Origin: Geosiphon pyriformis uo1
Taxonomy: Eukaryota > Fungi > Glomeromycota
DNA: 64,000 nucleotides
Reading direction: 5' to 3'
NCBI GenBank assembly: GCA_016748015.1
Contig: JAAOMT010000430.1
Span: 152,232 to 216,231 of the forward strand
Below are positions 1 through 13,794 of the stretch, in pieces. Each line of letters starts with the position of its first letter. Within the stretch, counting starts at the first letter, position 1. Below the pieces are notes generated by a model. That model did no database searches, was not told where the DNA came from, and saw only the letters and a list, made by a program, of their open reading frames with translations. The position numbers and the translations under genes are program-made.

Positions 1-1445
1 GTAGATATGTGGATATTACATTACAAACAATATATGAACAAAATAAATGTTATTTGCTCCAACCAGAACAATTGAAACAAATAAACATGAGATACTTAGA
101 TCCATTACAATGTATACAGCTCAAAATGTTACTCAACAATTTTAATAACATTATTCAACATTAAATCAAAACTGGAGATGCATTGCCAATTAAACAGAGA
201 GCATACAGAGTACTACTAGCTAGCCATGAGATCATTTATCAAGAAATCAATTGGATGCTTGACAATAGGCTAATTTAGCCATCAATGAATCCATAGTCAT
301 CACCAGTAGTATTAGTCCATAAAAAGAATAGAAAAATCTGCTTTTGTGTGGATTACTGGAAACTGAATAGAGTAACAAAAAAAGACAGCTACCCAACTCC
401 AAAGATCCAAGAATTTTTCGATGTTTTTGGAGAAAAAAAATGGTTTTCAATATTAAACTTAGACAATAGTTACTGACAAGTAGCCATAAAACCAGAAGAC
501 AAAGAAAAAATAGTTTTTACAACTTAGAAAAGAAACTTTGAATTTGAAGTAATGTTATTTGGCTTGATAAATACTCCAGCCACTTTCCAGCAACTTATAG
601 AAATTGTTTATACTAAACTACTATGAAAATTAGTAGTCATATACTTAGATAACACCAATGTGTTCTCAAAAACATTTGATGATTATCTGCATTATTTTTA
701 ACAAGTGTTTAAAAGACTAAGAAGAGCTGGATTAAAGCTAAATGCAACCAAATGTTTCTTTGGAAAAACTGAACTCAAGTTTTTGGGACATATAGTGAGC
801 CAAGATAGAATCAAAACAGATTCAGACAAGATTAAGATTGTCAAAAACTTTCTAGTACCAAATAATCTTACAGAATTGAGAACATTCTTGGGATTTGCTA
901 GATACTACTGCTGCTTTATCAAGAATTTTTCCAAAATAGCTCAACCACTACACTAACTACAAACAAAAAACACTAAATATGAATAAACAGAAACTTAGCA
1001 AGAAGCTTTTAATACATTAAGAAAAAAACTTATTCAAGCTTTAGTACTGATCTATTCAGATCACAACAAGCCATTTATAATTACAACTGATACATTTGGT
1101 CAAGCATTGGAAGCAGTATTATTTTAGAAAAAACTGGATAGATGAGAACATCTAGTAGCTTATGCAAGTAGAAGCTTAAGTCCAGCAGAAAAAAACTATA
1201 GAACTCCAGCACTGGAATACTTAGCTATCTATTGGGCTGTTATCAAATAGAAAGAATACTTGAGTCAAAAGTTTGATGTGTACACTGATCACAAAAAATT
1301 GACTTCAATCCAGAAGCAAAAATTTGGAAACAATTGTCATGTCAGATGGAAAATAGAACTTTCACCATTTAATTATACAGTATATTATAAAAAAGGAAAA
1401 AAAAATGAAAATGCTGACAGATTGTTGCGAATAAAACAAATCTAA
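1..1445 (+). pseudogene. pol: pol RT-RNase H remnant ending ENADRLLRIKQI*
   Basis: RT/RNase H motifs broken by many C>T/G>A stops; stop codon at 1443-1445. Confidence 0.88.
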
Positions 1446-1475
1446 AAACATTTCAACCTAAAAATATAACAAAAG

Positions 1476-2857
1476 ATGAATATACAAAAATACTAACAAC
1501 TCCAACATTATATAAATACCCAATTGTTCAAGGAGAAATTATCTCAAAAGAAATAAAAAAGCATAAAACAACAATCAAAATATTTTATCAACCATCAAAA
1601 TATACTTTATCAGAAGAACAAAAGAAATCCAAATTAACCAACCAGAGTAATTACAGAACCAGAGAAAGAGACAATATTATTCAACATGTACTCAGATCTA
1701 ACAGCAGGATATTTTCATAAAGAAGCAACCATGAAAAAAACCAGAAAAAGATATTATTAACTATCAATGTATTCAAACATCATCTAATATGTTCAAAATT
1801 GTGATGCTTGTTAGAAAAGAGGAGGAACAAAACCCAGTGAACCATTGAGACCAATCAAAGTGGGACAACCATTTGACCACATTAGAATTGACTTAGTTGG
1901 ATCATTAACAATCACCAGCAAAGACAACAAATATATTGCAGTAGTTATAAATTATTTTACAAAATGGCCAGAAGCAAAAGCCATTCAAAAAGCAGATGCA
2001 AAATCTGTTGCCAAATTTGTTTATCAAAATTTAATCTGTTAACATGAATGTTCAAAAAAACTACTATCAGATCAAGAAACTCACTTTGTGAACAGAACAT
2101 TGACCAAATTAAGTCAAAAATTTGGAATAAAAAGACCATTATTATCACCATATCATTCACAAACAAATGAGTTAGTTGAAATATTTAACAGAACATTGTG
2201 TGAAACAATCACCAAGATCAGTTAAAAAAACCAGAACAAATAGAATTTGTTTATACCATTAGTATTATTTGCTTATTGGACAATAAAACAAAACACTACA
2301 CAAGCAACACCATTTGAATTAGTATATGGTAGAACAACAACATTACCAGTTAAGATAGAAGTCAACACTTATCCAATAAAACCAATAATTGAAGACAATT
2401 TTCAGAAAACATTGCTAAGAAAAACATATAACTTAATAGAAACACTAGAAAACAAATCGCAAAGAGCAGTTGATAACATCCAAAAGTCACAAGAAAAACA
2501 AAAAGAAAAACATGATAACAAACTATTAGATAAACCAGTTGAATTCAAGATTGGAGACAAAGTACTTTTATATCATATTAAAGCGGAAAAACAATAGAGT
2601 GAAAAATTTGATCCCAAATAGGACAGACCATTTCACATAGAAGAAATTCTTAAAAATAGAGCTTATAAATTAAGATAAAACAACAAATTTTAACCAAAGT
2701 AGCACATAAAGATCAACTGAAACCATATTACTATATAGTTGCACCATCTACAAATAATATTTCACAACTAGGAGTACAGCAAATATTAGTCCAACCAGAT
2801 AAAATTTCACAAGATCTGAAACCAATCATAATTATTGAACCAAACACATAAAATTGA
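1476..2857 (+). pseudogene. int: Separately encoded integrase (H2C2, DDE core, GPY/F) remnant
   Basis: ATG AAT ATA CAA AAA TAC 30 nt after the RNase H stop; NCDAC, IDLVG, SDQETHF, EFKIGDKVLL. Confidence 0.85.
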
Positions 2858-2909
2858 ACAACTAAGGAGTATATAAAGACATGGTATACACAATAAAAAA
2901 CAACAAAAA

Positions 2910-3547
2910 ATGGAGATTACTAACAGCATTTACTCACTAGCACAACAACTCTTTCAACTAATACAACAACAAAAAATGGAAATTACAATCAACCAACAAA
3001 CTATTAGATACACATACACCAGAAAAAAAAATGAGATAAAACACAGAAAAAAACAAAAAACACTGTTGATAAAATAATTGCAAAGGTAAAACTGGCAATA
3101 GAAACACAACCAAAAATAACCCAATACCAAGAGTTAACTATAAAAACTTGGAATTGGTAGATACAATAATTCCCAAAGAACTTTTGTTACTTCCACTTGA
3201 AACAACACTTGAACATTCAGAATTTATACATGAATAAAACAAAATGATTATTTGACACAACTATATTGCAACAACTGAAACAATTTGTAGGAAAGAACAA
3301 TTTAACTACACAAACAAAAGCCATCTATCAGCTATATACTGGATTTTAAGACAGACCAAAAATCTTACTTAATCCAGAAATGGATTCTATTACAGTGAAC
3401 CAAATGGGAAAAATAACCAATGCCCAATTTAAAGAATTACAGAACAGAATAACACAAGTAATTTTCGAAAAAGAAGTTTAGAAAATACTCAAAGATAGAG
3501 AATTAGATTTAGGAGATTTGAGAGATTTCAATAGAGCTTAATATTAA
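2910..3547 (+). pseudogene. ORF3 accessory gene remnant (MEITNSIYSLAQQLFQL...)
   Basis: Homologous to ORF3 of elements B, C, D and G; TATATAAA at 2870-2877; stop codon immediately before the PPT. Confidence 0.7.
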
Positions 3548-3561
3548 AAAGGAGAGAATAA

Positions 3562-4373
3562 TATTACTCATAGAATATAGAAAGTATATTAGCACATAAA
3601 TTAGCCAATCAGATATAACTGTAGTAAATATGGAATTCCAGGATTCTTTTCAGAGGAATTGCAGGATTCAAGAAATTTCAGGATTTTCATACAAAAAATT
3701 GCAAAATTCCAGAAATTTCAAGATTCTTGGGATAAAAAATTGAGGAATTGAGGAATCTTAATTATGTATATATAGTGGTAGTATTAGAAGTAGAAAAAAC
3801 AGACTTCTCAGTTTAGATTTAATCTAAGCAACCTTCCAACTCACAAATATCAATAAATAATTATTCTTTATTTTCAATCTACTCTCTACTATTAACACTT
3901 CATATTGATAATGATTGATATTTAACCATACTGGAACAATAGCTCTTAATTATAGCTATTGACAGAATACTAATTTGCAATTGCTTTTACTCATTTCTTT
4001 ATTTTCTTTTATTTTTTTCTATTTTTTTTTTGTTATTTTTTTGGTTTTACTAATTGATTAAGGATTAAGTGCTAAAGTACAGATGTTATAGGGACTGGTA
4101 AAAGACCTGTGAAACAAGGGTAGAACACTTATAGATTTGAGAATAGCTTATCAGGAGGATTACCAGCCACTACACTAAGAAAAAATTTTGACAGAATTGG
4201 GATTCTAAAAGGCTACTGAAAACAACACTTGAATCTCTGTCTATTATACAAAGAACTCAACAAAAATCTTCAGATACAAACAACTTTTGGATAATATCAA
4301 CACCAGAATATCAATTAAACACCAAGTTATGGGTTTGTTATTTATTTGAGACCCCAAATAATCATCTGTAACA
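3562..4373 (+). repeat. 3' LTR, family A, U3 variant with GGAATTCC-type repeats
   Basis: Preceded by PPT AAAAGGAGAGAATAA; begins T(G>A)TTACTCATAG and ends ATCTGTAACA; R/U5 part matches 52130-52725. Confidence 0.88.
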
Positions 4374-4710
4374 CCTTCTTGTTCTTTTTTTTAATTTCTA
4401 CAACTACTCATTTTTATACATTTTTTTGGTTTTACAGGATTGCTTTTGATTGTTTTATTATTGCTAACTATTGCTTTGCTATTTCTGTTATTGCTTTGTT
4501 TTTTTACATTATTTCTAATTATTCTATATTATAACATATTATCTGGTGTTATTATATGTTATTCTGTGTTATTCCACATTGTAACACATTATCCTGTATT
4601 ATTCTAAGTTATAACATATTATCCAACATTATTGCATGCTATTCTGTATTATGTCATATTTTGGTCATGTTTCTTCATAATTTTGGATCAGTTTTTCTAT
4701 TCAGATAATA
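4374..4710 (-). repeat. Truncated family-B LTR (U3 end), interrupted by element A1
   Basis: Matches 30020-30345 and 49820-50141, including the TTATAAC repeat array and the terminal TCAGATAA(C/T)A. Confidence 0.85.
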
Positions 4711-7700
4711 GTGTCTGCAATTATATTGTATAAAATTAATAATATGTCAGAATTTTTAAATACAGATTACAAGTCAGTTTCAGTTTCAATTGGTTTGAGT
4801 GGACTCTTGGATGCTTATTTTATCAGCACTCACAAACAAGCCAACTGAGATTAATAGAAGTTCAAATTGAAAGATGTAGATAACATTCAATGGTTGGGCT
4901 TTAAAAACCATTTTTTTGCTGAGTTGTTGGTTAGATTAGACATATTTAAAAGTGCAAAAGACAATAATGACTTAGATACAATGTGGAAAATGCTAGAAGA
5001 AGCTGTGGCATTAGCTGCTAATGTGGTATTTTTCAAAGTTTGATATAGTGAGTATAATTGTTCAAAAAATAAACAATCTTTGAAATTCTTTAAATTAGAG
5101 CTGCTTATTGCTAAGATTGTAAAATATTAAAATTCTGGTAATTTTTTGAACTTTGACTGCCTTGTAAAAGTCTGGTCAGATATTAATAAGATTGAAATGT
5201 CTGTGATTGTTGATATGATACTAAATAGTGCAAGCTCAATGAATTTAGTTAAGCATTTGTCAGTAATAAGGAAGAGATACAGGAAATCTAAGTATTGTGA
5301 ATCTAATATTGCTAAAGATATAGTCATTAGAAAAACAATTAACTATTATATGGAAAATTTCTGTTCTAACAAAGTGCAGATAATAAAAAGCATTCTGAAA
5401 CACCTGTTTTGCAAAGTGATTCTAAATCACTTAGTGGTAGATGATGAATTGGTAGTTGAACCTAATGAGGTTAAGCTCAAGGTCAACAAGATTATGGAAG
5501 AGTGGACAAGGAAGCATTTAGTACTCCCAAAAATGCCTGATTTTTGGTCTTAACAATATATGCCTCTAGATTATATGGATGATAATACTTTCTCTGGTAT
5601 AATGAAAAAGATTGGTATGGCAGAATTGTTTTTGGTTATTAATGACTTGCCAAACAATAAAGCAGCTGAATTGTCTGGGATACCTAATGAACTTTGGAAA
5701 CATTGTGGTGAGGAGATATTGGCCTGTCTTTTGAAGCTACTGAATTTGTGTTTGAGTTTGGGTACAGTTCCGACTATCTAAAAGAGAGCATGAGTTTTGA
5801 TAATTCCGAAACCTTATAAATAGAATAGTGTTTTAACAAATACTAAGCTTATTGCATTAGTTAATATTACATGTAAAATTTTATCTAAGATTCTTTCTGA
5901 CCAGATATCTTTGGCTTGTAGCAAATTTGATGTTCTTTGTGATAATAATTTTTCAGTATTAAAGAGTACTTCTATCCAGTCTCTTATTTTTGCAATTAGA
6001 TCTATTGTTGAGGATGCTCTAGAAAAAAATAAAAAACTTTGGTTGGTACTGCAAGATATACACAAAGCTTATAATTTGGTAGACTGGCATTATTTAAAGG
6101 CAAACTTGCATTATATCAAAATGTGTAAGCAGTTCATCCAGTTTTTTGGCAACATTCATAAAGATAAAATTAACAGGGTGATAATTGACTTTGGGCTCTC
6201 AAAAGATTATAGGGTACACAATAGATTGGATCAGAAAGAAGTTTTTTCTCTGCTTTTTTGGAGAATTTTTATGATTTGTTTTTGTATGAGATAAAGAGAT
6301 ATAAGCACTTATATGGATACAGAATAGATACTAGGTTTGTGACAAAGTCTGATAGGATTAAGACAGTTAAAGAAAAAACTTTTTTTTTGGCTGCTGGTGC
6401 CTTTGTAAATGATATGATTTGGGTCAGAAGCTGTTAGACTTCTATGCAATATATTTTAAACATTGCTAGTAAGTTTTTTGAGATTAATAACACATTAATT
6501 AATAATGATAAGACAGTAGCTATTCTTATTAATCAAGGTATTAGGAATGCTTTACTGTTGATTAATGACTCACCAATTTTGATTGCTAAAAAGAGTGAGT
6601 TATACCAATATCTGGGTATCTTCTTATCAACTAAGGGTCTCTCTAAATCCAGTTTGGCTCAAGCTTATAAAGATGTTAGGTTTTTTACTAATGTAGTGTT
6701 GAGGAAAGCTATTACAAATAAACAATTTTGTTACTTGGTTTCAGCTGTTTTGCAGCCTATTGTTAGCTTTCACATACAGTTTAATTTTGTTTCTTTAGGT
6801 GTGTGTTAAAAGTAAAATACTATGATTAGAAAAGATCTTTAAGCCAAGACTGGTTTATCACACAATTTTTCCAAGAAGGTTTTGCACTATCTATCTCTGT
6901 ATGGTTTGAAACTTTTTGAGCAAGTGCAGTCTGAAAGAAAGCTGGCTTTGCTAATTTCATTTTCCAATAGCTGTAGCATTCTTAGACATTTATTTGATTA
7001 TAGATTTTTAAATTTACAGATTCTGGGATAATTTTCTTTAAATTCTTTACAATTCTCTGTCAGATTGCATGTTAGTTCTGTGAACAATTTTTTGGCTGAG
7101 GTGGTGAAAATTTTGCTAAATAATAAGTTGTCTTTAACAAACAATCTGTTTAGTGTCTTTTGTAAATCTGGCAATTTTCTGATGTCTATTATTTTGAATT
7201 GGTCCTTGTATTATAAATCTGTTCTATTATTGAAGCAGTTTGGTGTCACATTTAGTAACAGACTTATAGACAAAAAAGGGAATGTGATAGATTAAAAAAC
7301 ATTTTGGTGTTAGAAGCAGTTGGATCTAAGGAGCTCTGTACTCTACTGGTTTATGTTGACATCTAAGTTTATGTGCAATTCTGTTTCTTTGGGAGTTGGG
7401 ACTGCTACTATTTTTGAAGAGGGTGTGCTTAATGTTTTGAATTCTGATAAGTTCTCTAATGTTCATAATGATTTACTGGAAGTGTGATCTAATTATATTG
7501 AGGTCTATACAGATGAGTCTTTAAAAGGTGCTGGCTCCAATAAAATAACAGGTGGAGCAGCTACTTATTTTTCAGCTGTAAATGCAGGTATTGGGATTAG
7601 GGTAGCTAGGCTTATGTCCTCTACTTTAACTGAATTGCAGACTGTTGCTTTGGCTTTAGAGTGTGTTCCATTTTCATGCTCTGTTGTTCTGTATTTGAAT

Positions 7701-7995
7701 AGCCAATTTACAATTAATGTCTGTATATCTGAGGCTTTTTCTATTGTGCCCGATTTCTACAACCAATGTTGGATTAAAAGATTGCAGATAATCAATCTTC
7801 TTAGAAATAAAGACATTTTTATTAAGTAAGTAAAGGTTAAAAAACATTTTGGTATATCTGGCAATGTTAAAACTGATACATTAGCTAATAAAGCCACATT
7901 CTTGCCTTTCTTTTTGCTGGTTAGAATTCAGAAGAGATATTTAATTGCTAAAAAAACTGCTATATCTGACAATACTTGTTATTTTGTTTGTAATA
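4711..7995 (+). mobile_element. Non-LTR retrotransposon (LINE) ORF2 fragment: end of endonuclease, RT, RNase H; decayed
   Basis: LPNNKAAELSGIPNELWK, LWLVLQDIHKAYN, YLGIFLS (RT); IEVYTD...TELQTVALAL...YLNSQ...HFGISGN (RNase H). Homologous to 24900-28150(-). Confidence 0.88.
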
Positions 7996-10500
7996 TGTGG
8001 TAAAACTATTAACTAAGTAGTTAATATTATTATTGTCACTAAAATGCTATAGAAACACAGTTTTAAATATGTTAAAGTTCTGTGGTTTGTTGATAAGGTT
8101 CTAATACTATGAATTGATAGTATTTTGGAGAAAATATGGAATTGTTTACAGTGCTCTGGTGTTATTCCAGTTATTGGCTATGATTGCTTTAGTAATATTA
8201 TTCAACTAAGCTTAAGCATTATTCTTTTTGCTAGTGAATTTTTCAAATTTTGTANNNNNNNNNNNNNNNNNNNNTCTGAGGCTTTTTCTATTGTGCCCGA
8301 TTTCTACAACCAATGTTGGATTAAAAGATTGCAGATAATCAATCTTCTTAGAAATAAAGACATTTTTATTAAGTAAGTAAAGGTTAAAAAACATTTTGGT
8401 ATATCTGGCAATGTTAAAACTGATACATTAGCTAATAAAGCCACATTCTTGCCTTTCTTTTTGCTGGTTAGAATTCAGAAGAGATATTTAATTGCTAAAA
8501 AAACTGCTATATCTGACAATACTTGTTATTTTGTTTGTAATATGTGGTAAAACTATTAACTAAGTAGTTAATATTATTATTGTCACTAAAATGCTATAGA
8601 AACACAGTTTTAAATATGTTAAAGTTCTGTGGTTTGTTGATAAGGTTCTAATACTATGAATTGATAGTATTTTGGAGAAAATATGGAATTGTTTACAGTG
8701 CTCTGGTGTTATTCCAGTTATTGGCTATGATTGCTTTAGTAATATTATTCAACTAAGCTTAAGCATTATTCTTTTTGCTAGTGAATTTTTCAAATTTTGT
8801 AATTAAAATATAAGTTATTGGTTGTTGTGGCTGTTGTTAAAGTTGTAGTTGTAATAGTGCAGCAACTGGTGATGGATCAATCACAATTACTGGAGGTAAG
8901 TTTTGCTGATTACTAATATTGGGATTTGAATTGTTCTGATTTTGCTAAGTTAACACAATTAGAGTTTGAATTTCCAGATTTTCTAGAATTGGGTTTTGAT
9001 AATTGAATTTCTGATCTTTATTTTTTTCTTTTTTTGACTTCATTACTTCCCAAAAATTCACAGTTCTGAAATCTGGCTAAGATGGCAGTAATTGAAATCC
9101 TGATGGCATTAATAATTACAAATTAAATTCTTCAAAATAATCACTATAAGTTCCCAATAACTCTGCTTTCTTTTGTTTACTTTAAAACAGAAATTAAGTT
9201 GATGCTGTTTTTACATTTAATGTGGACATGCCTGTTGATAAAATATTGATAATACTTTTGGGTATATAGTAGTATGATGAATTAGTTAGCAATTTAACTC
9301 TTGTTTTTTTTCAAGTAGGTAATTGTATTCTCTAAAGTGTTACTGCTGGTGTTTGTAGTTTTTTTTTGCCTTTGTTTGCATAGGTTATTGGATATTTTTG
9401 TTGAATGTGGTTTTTAATTTCTTGATTAATTTCAGTAATAATGAATATAAAATTATGATTTACTATTAGGCTGGTATTTTGAATTAATTTATTGTAAAAA
9501 TTTTTTCTTGTTAATTCAATATCTACTAGTGCTTTTAGAAAATAAAAAATTCTCTTATTGATGTAAAAATTAAAGACTAATTTTGCTAATAGATGATTGT
9601 TAATTAATTCTAAGTATTGACAGTAATGTTAAAATAAGTATTTGGTAAATCCTAAATGGTTTGTTCTTATTTTTTTCAATTTTGCCACTTTAGACTGGTT
9701 GTTTTTGGTGCTAGTTCTCTGTAAAATTATACCTTACAGAGAGCACCAAATGTTACAAATAATTATTTGGGATCTTAAATCAAATAACAAACCCATAACT
9801 TGGTACTTAATAACTGATTTGATAAGTATTATTTAAAGATTTTGTATCTGAAAGTTTGGTTGAGTTTTTTGTATAATGAACAGAGATTCAAGTATTGTTT
9901 TTATTTGTAGCTTCTCAGAATTACAATTTTGTCAAATTTTTTTCTTCGATATAATGGCCAGTTTATTCTGGCAGTCATGTTTTTCTGGTAAACTATCCTT
10001 AATCTTCAAGTGTTTTACTCTTGTTTCATGAGTTTTTTATCAGGCTATCTTTGACATTAATAACTCAATGCTTAATCCTTAATCAATTAGTATACAACAA
10101 CAAAAAAAAAAGAAAAAAAAATAAAGAAATTTAACCCAAGGCAATTTATGTTAGTATTTTATTAATAGCTATGATTAAGAGCTATTGTTCTAATGTTATC
10201 AAGTATCAAATACTATTAATATAAAGTGTTAATAGTGGGGAGAGTGATTTAAATAGTGAATAATTATTTATTAATATTGATGATTCTAACTAAGATGTTC
10301 TAACCAGAAAATCTTGGTATTGATTTTTCTTCTAATACTCTTGTTATATATACATAATTTGGGTTCTATAAGATCACTTACATTCTCGAGCAATGTGTTA
10401 TAATTTTTTAAGTAATATACTCACATGTTAACTATTATTTTCCTATTGGTCTATCTGTTTTTTCTTACTATTTTCTTATATGCTTTTTCTATAAGTAACA
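7996..10500 (-). mobile_element. gag: LTR element F: 5' LTR (9751-10500), PBS and decayed gag starting at GTG 9688; remainder deleted
   Basis: Reverse complement matches 51889-54000: LTR end TGTAACA, TTTGGTGCTCTCTGT, AAAGTGGCA. Interval includes the artefactual duplicate 8275-8801. Confidence 0.8.
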
Positions 10501-12175
10501 ACAACAATAGCAACAACAAAAAGATAGAAATTCCAGATTACATTCACTCAATGGCTCAACAATTATTTCAAGCTATAAATTAACAACAATTGGATATGGA
10601 AATTGTTATTAATTACCAAACAATCTGCTATTAGAACACTAAAAAAAAAAGAAAAGCAAGAAATATACTATATTAATAACCACTAAACTTAACAAAACAC
10701 TAATCAGATAAAATAATCAAAAATGTGAAAAATACTTTTAAGAAAACATCTATTATTGTTTCAACAAAAAAGCTAAGAAAAAAAAACTAGAAACAATAAA
10801 CAGAACAATTTTTAATATTATATTGTTATTATTAGTTAGAACAAATATTGAAAATTTAAGAACTATATATTAATAAATTCAAAAAAATTTTTAATCAAAA
10901 AATAATACAGCAAATTGAAGACTTTTTTGGAAAGAAAACAAATTCAATACTACATATTAGAATAATTTATTAATTATATACCATATTTTAAAACTACCCA
11001 GAAATACTACTATATCCAGAAATAGAAACAATAACTATTAATCAGTGAAGAAAAATAAACAACTCACAAATAGAAAACATAAAAACCAGAGTTAAACAAA
11101 TAATGTTAAAAAAAAAAGTAATAGAATTAATCTAAAATGAAGATTTTGATGGAGCTCAATATTAAAAAAGAGAAGATAATGTTACTTATAGAAAAAAAAA
11201 CAAAAAATAGAAAAAATAGATAGAAAAAATAGACCAATAGAAAAATAGTATTGAGCACATAAGTATATTGCTAGTAAATTATGATATATTACTTAGCAAT
11301 ATAAGCAATATCAGTAAATTAAGACATATTACTTAGCAATATAAGCAATGTTAATAGATTAAAGCATATTGTTCAACAATGTAAACATTACTTAAAAAAT
11401 AATAGTATATTGTTTATGAATATGTAAAATCTTAGAAAACATTAATTATGTATATATAGCAAGAGTATTAGAAACAGAAAATACAGAATTCCCAGCTAAA
11501 ATTCAATTTAAGATTAATACCCAACTTATTAATTATATTTTATTTTTCTTTTTAAAAAATAGTTTCTATAATTTGAAGTAAAATCAAATTATATTAATAA
11601 AATATTAATTACTACTTAAATCTATATTATTATTACTTGATTAAAGAATATTAATTATCTTTATTCTATTAACACTTTATATTAATAAAATCCAATACTT
11701 AATTATATTAAAATAATAGCTCTTAATTATGATTATTAATAAGATACTAATTCTTATTTTCTTTTATTATTTTCTTTATTTTTTTTTATTTTTTTTTATT
11801 TTTGTTGTTTGTTGTTTACTAACAGATTAAAGTAATTAAGCACTAATTAATTAATGTTAAAAATAGCCTGGTAAAAAACCCAGAAATAAGGATATAGAGT
11901 TTGGAAATTAAAAAATAGCTTACTAAAAGAGCATAACTGCTAAAATAAACTGGCCATTATGCTGGAAAAAAAAATTAATAAAATAATCATTCCAAAAGAC
12001 TATGAAAAACAAATCATTGAATCTCTGTTTATTATACAAAAAACTCAACCAAAACTTTTAGATCAACCAAAACCTACAAATTACAAAAACCTTTAGATCT
12101 TACCAATTATACTTATTAAGCATTAAGTTACAGATTTGTTGTTTGTTTTTATACTCCAAATAATCATTTGTAACA
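10501..12175 (+). mobile_element. LTR element G remnant: ORF3 (~10525-11165), PPT and 3' LTR (11180-12175)
   Basis: (M)EIPDYIHSMAQQLFQ...DFDGAQY* followed by AAAAGAGAAGATAA TGTTAC ... TTTGTAACA. Confidence 0.82.
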
Positions 12176-12800
12176 ACAAATATTTAAAGTAAAAGATTTT
12201 TTAACAAATATATTGACAAAATTTTTTAAAAAAAATGACAAAATTACAGAAACATCTAAGAGAACATTATTTTTATTTTTACTTATAAACTTAATCTTTT
12301 TTAAAAATATGTTTAATACTTTTTTGGTCACCAATCTAAGTTCTTTAGATGTTTGGTTTAGGTTGTTTTTATTCAAAATATTTTATTTGTTGTAATTTAT
12401 ACTGGTTTTTTTTATTAAAAATTTTTTTTTTATATCAATATTATTGAATTTAATAATATTATTAGTCTCAAAATCTTAAGAACAATTAATTATTTTCTTG
12501 GCAAACAACTTTTTATTAACAATATTATCTTTTAAAACATTATATTTTCTTTTTTTTCTAAAAAAAACATTCTTATTAACAATATTAAAGCCAAAGTTTT
12601 TGACAGATTTTTTTATAATAACAATATTAAAACCAATAATAGTCTTGTAATTAAATAGAAATAGTATTGATTTATTAAATTAAATAATATATAATGACAA
12701 CTAAAAACTTTTTTATTAAAATTAAGACTTATTAATGATTATTAAATAAATTTAATTAAAAAAATATATTATAAACAGTATAAATTTTAATTAAATACTT
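12176..12800 (-). mobile_element. Highly decayed LINE 5'/ORF1-start fragment
   Basis: Residual similarity to the 5' region of the LINE at 22400-22800(-); extremely AT-rich. Confidence 0.4.
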
Positions 12801-13794
12801 ATTTAAAAACAAGTTTTAAAAATTTTAAATAATTTATATAAAAAAAACTACTTTTTTATTATAAATTTGAGTAAATAAATAACAAAAAAAAGATTATTAA
12901 AAATAATTGAAATAATAAAAAAACTAAAATTAAATTTGTAAAAATTAATATACATAATTAATCTTAAAATTATAACTGTTTAATTTTCTAAAGAATTTGA
13001 AAAAACAATAATGTTTATTATTAGTAATAAAATAATATTGTTATTATTATTTTATGTTTTATTTACTTATTTTTAGAATTAATAATAAAGTTTTTAAAAT
13101 TTTACTTACAAAAATTGACTTAATAAATTTATAGTTAAATTTATTGGTGTTTTAAAAATTTTGTAAAAAATATAAAGTATTAATATAAAAGTTATTAAAC
13201 TTAAATATAAATATGTTTAAAATAAAAAATTAAATAAGCATTTAAATAAAAAATTGTTAAATACTTAAATAAAATAAAAACAAATAGTTTTTAATTTATA
13301 TAGCTTAAATTATTGGTTATATATAAAAATGTGTAAGTAATATTTTTGTTACATATTTTAAGTTTTAATTAAATTATATTTAATTAAAAATAACATTATT
13401 AAATTTGTTTTATTTATAATTAAATATATAAACTTTTATTTAATAAGTTTAAAATTAATATAAAGTTACATATATATATGCAAAATAATAATAAAAATAT
13501 ATTTAATACTGGTTTAATTTTTTCCAATTTTAAACTTACAATTATTTTTATTTTAAAATAATAAAACGAATTTTATTCAATATTAAAATATATAAAACAA
13601 TAATAATAATTTAAGAAAACAAAAATAATTTAATGAATATTGCATAATACAATAATTATTAAAAAAACAATTATATTATAGAGTAAAAACTCTTGTAATT
13701 TAACAAAGGCGGGTTTGTTACCTAAATAGTAAATTTATACTGATAAATCAAAGATCTGAAACGTCATTGACACGAACCAAACATATATTAGGCC

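Larger units (their letters stand above)
1..4373 (+). mobile_element. Ty3/Gypsy-type LTR retrotransposon A1, 3' part (RT-RNase H, integrase, ORF3, PPT, 3' LTR); decayed, 5' part outside the window
   Basis: Fragments LKLNATKCFFGKTELKFLGHIVS and ELRTFLGFARYY (RT), DVYTDH (RNase H), IRIDLVG/FTKWPEA and TPFELVYGR (integrase). Colinear with element D 57460-61925. Confidence 0.92.

Noticed and set aside
7728-8801. 527-bp tandem duplication (7728-8254 and 8275-8801)
   Set aside because: Identical copies flanking a 20-N gap: an unmerged contig overlap, not biology.
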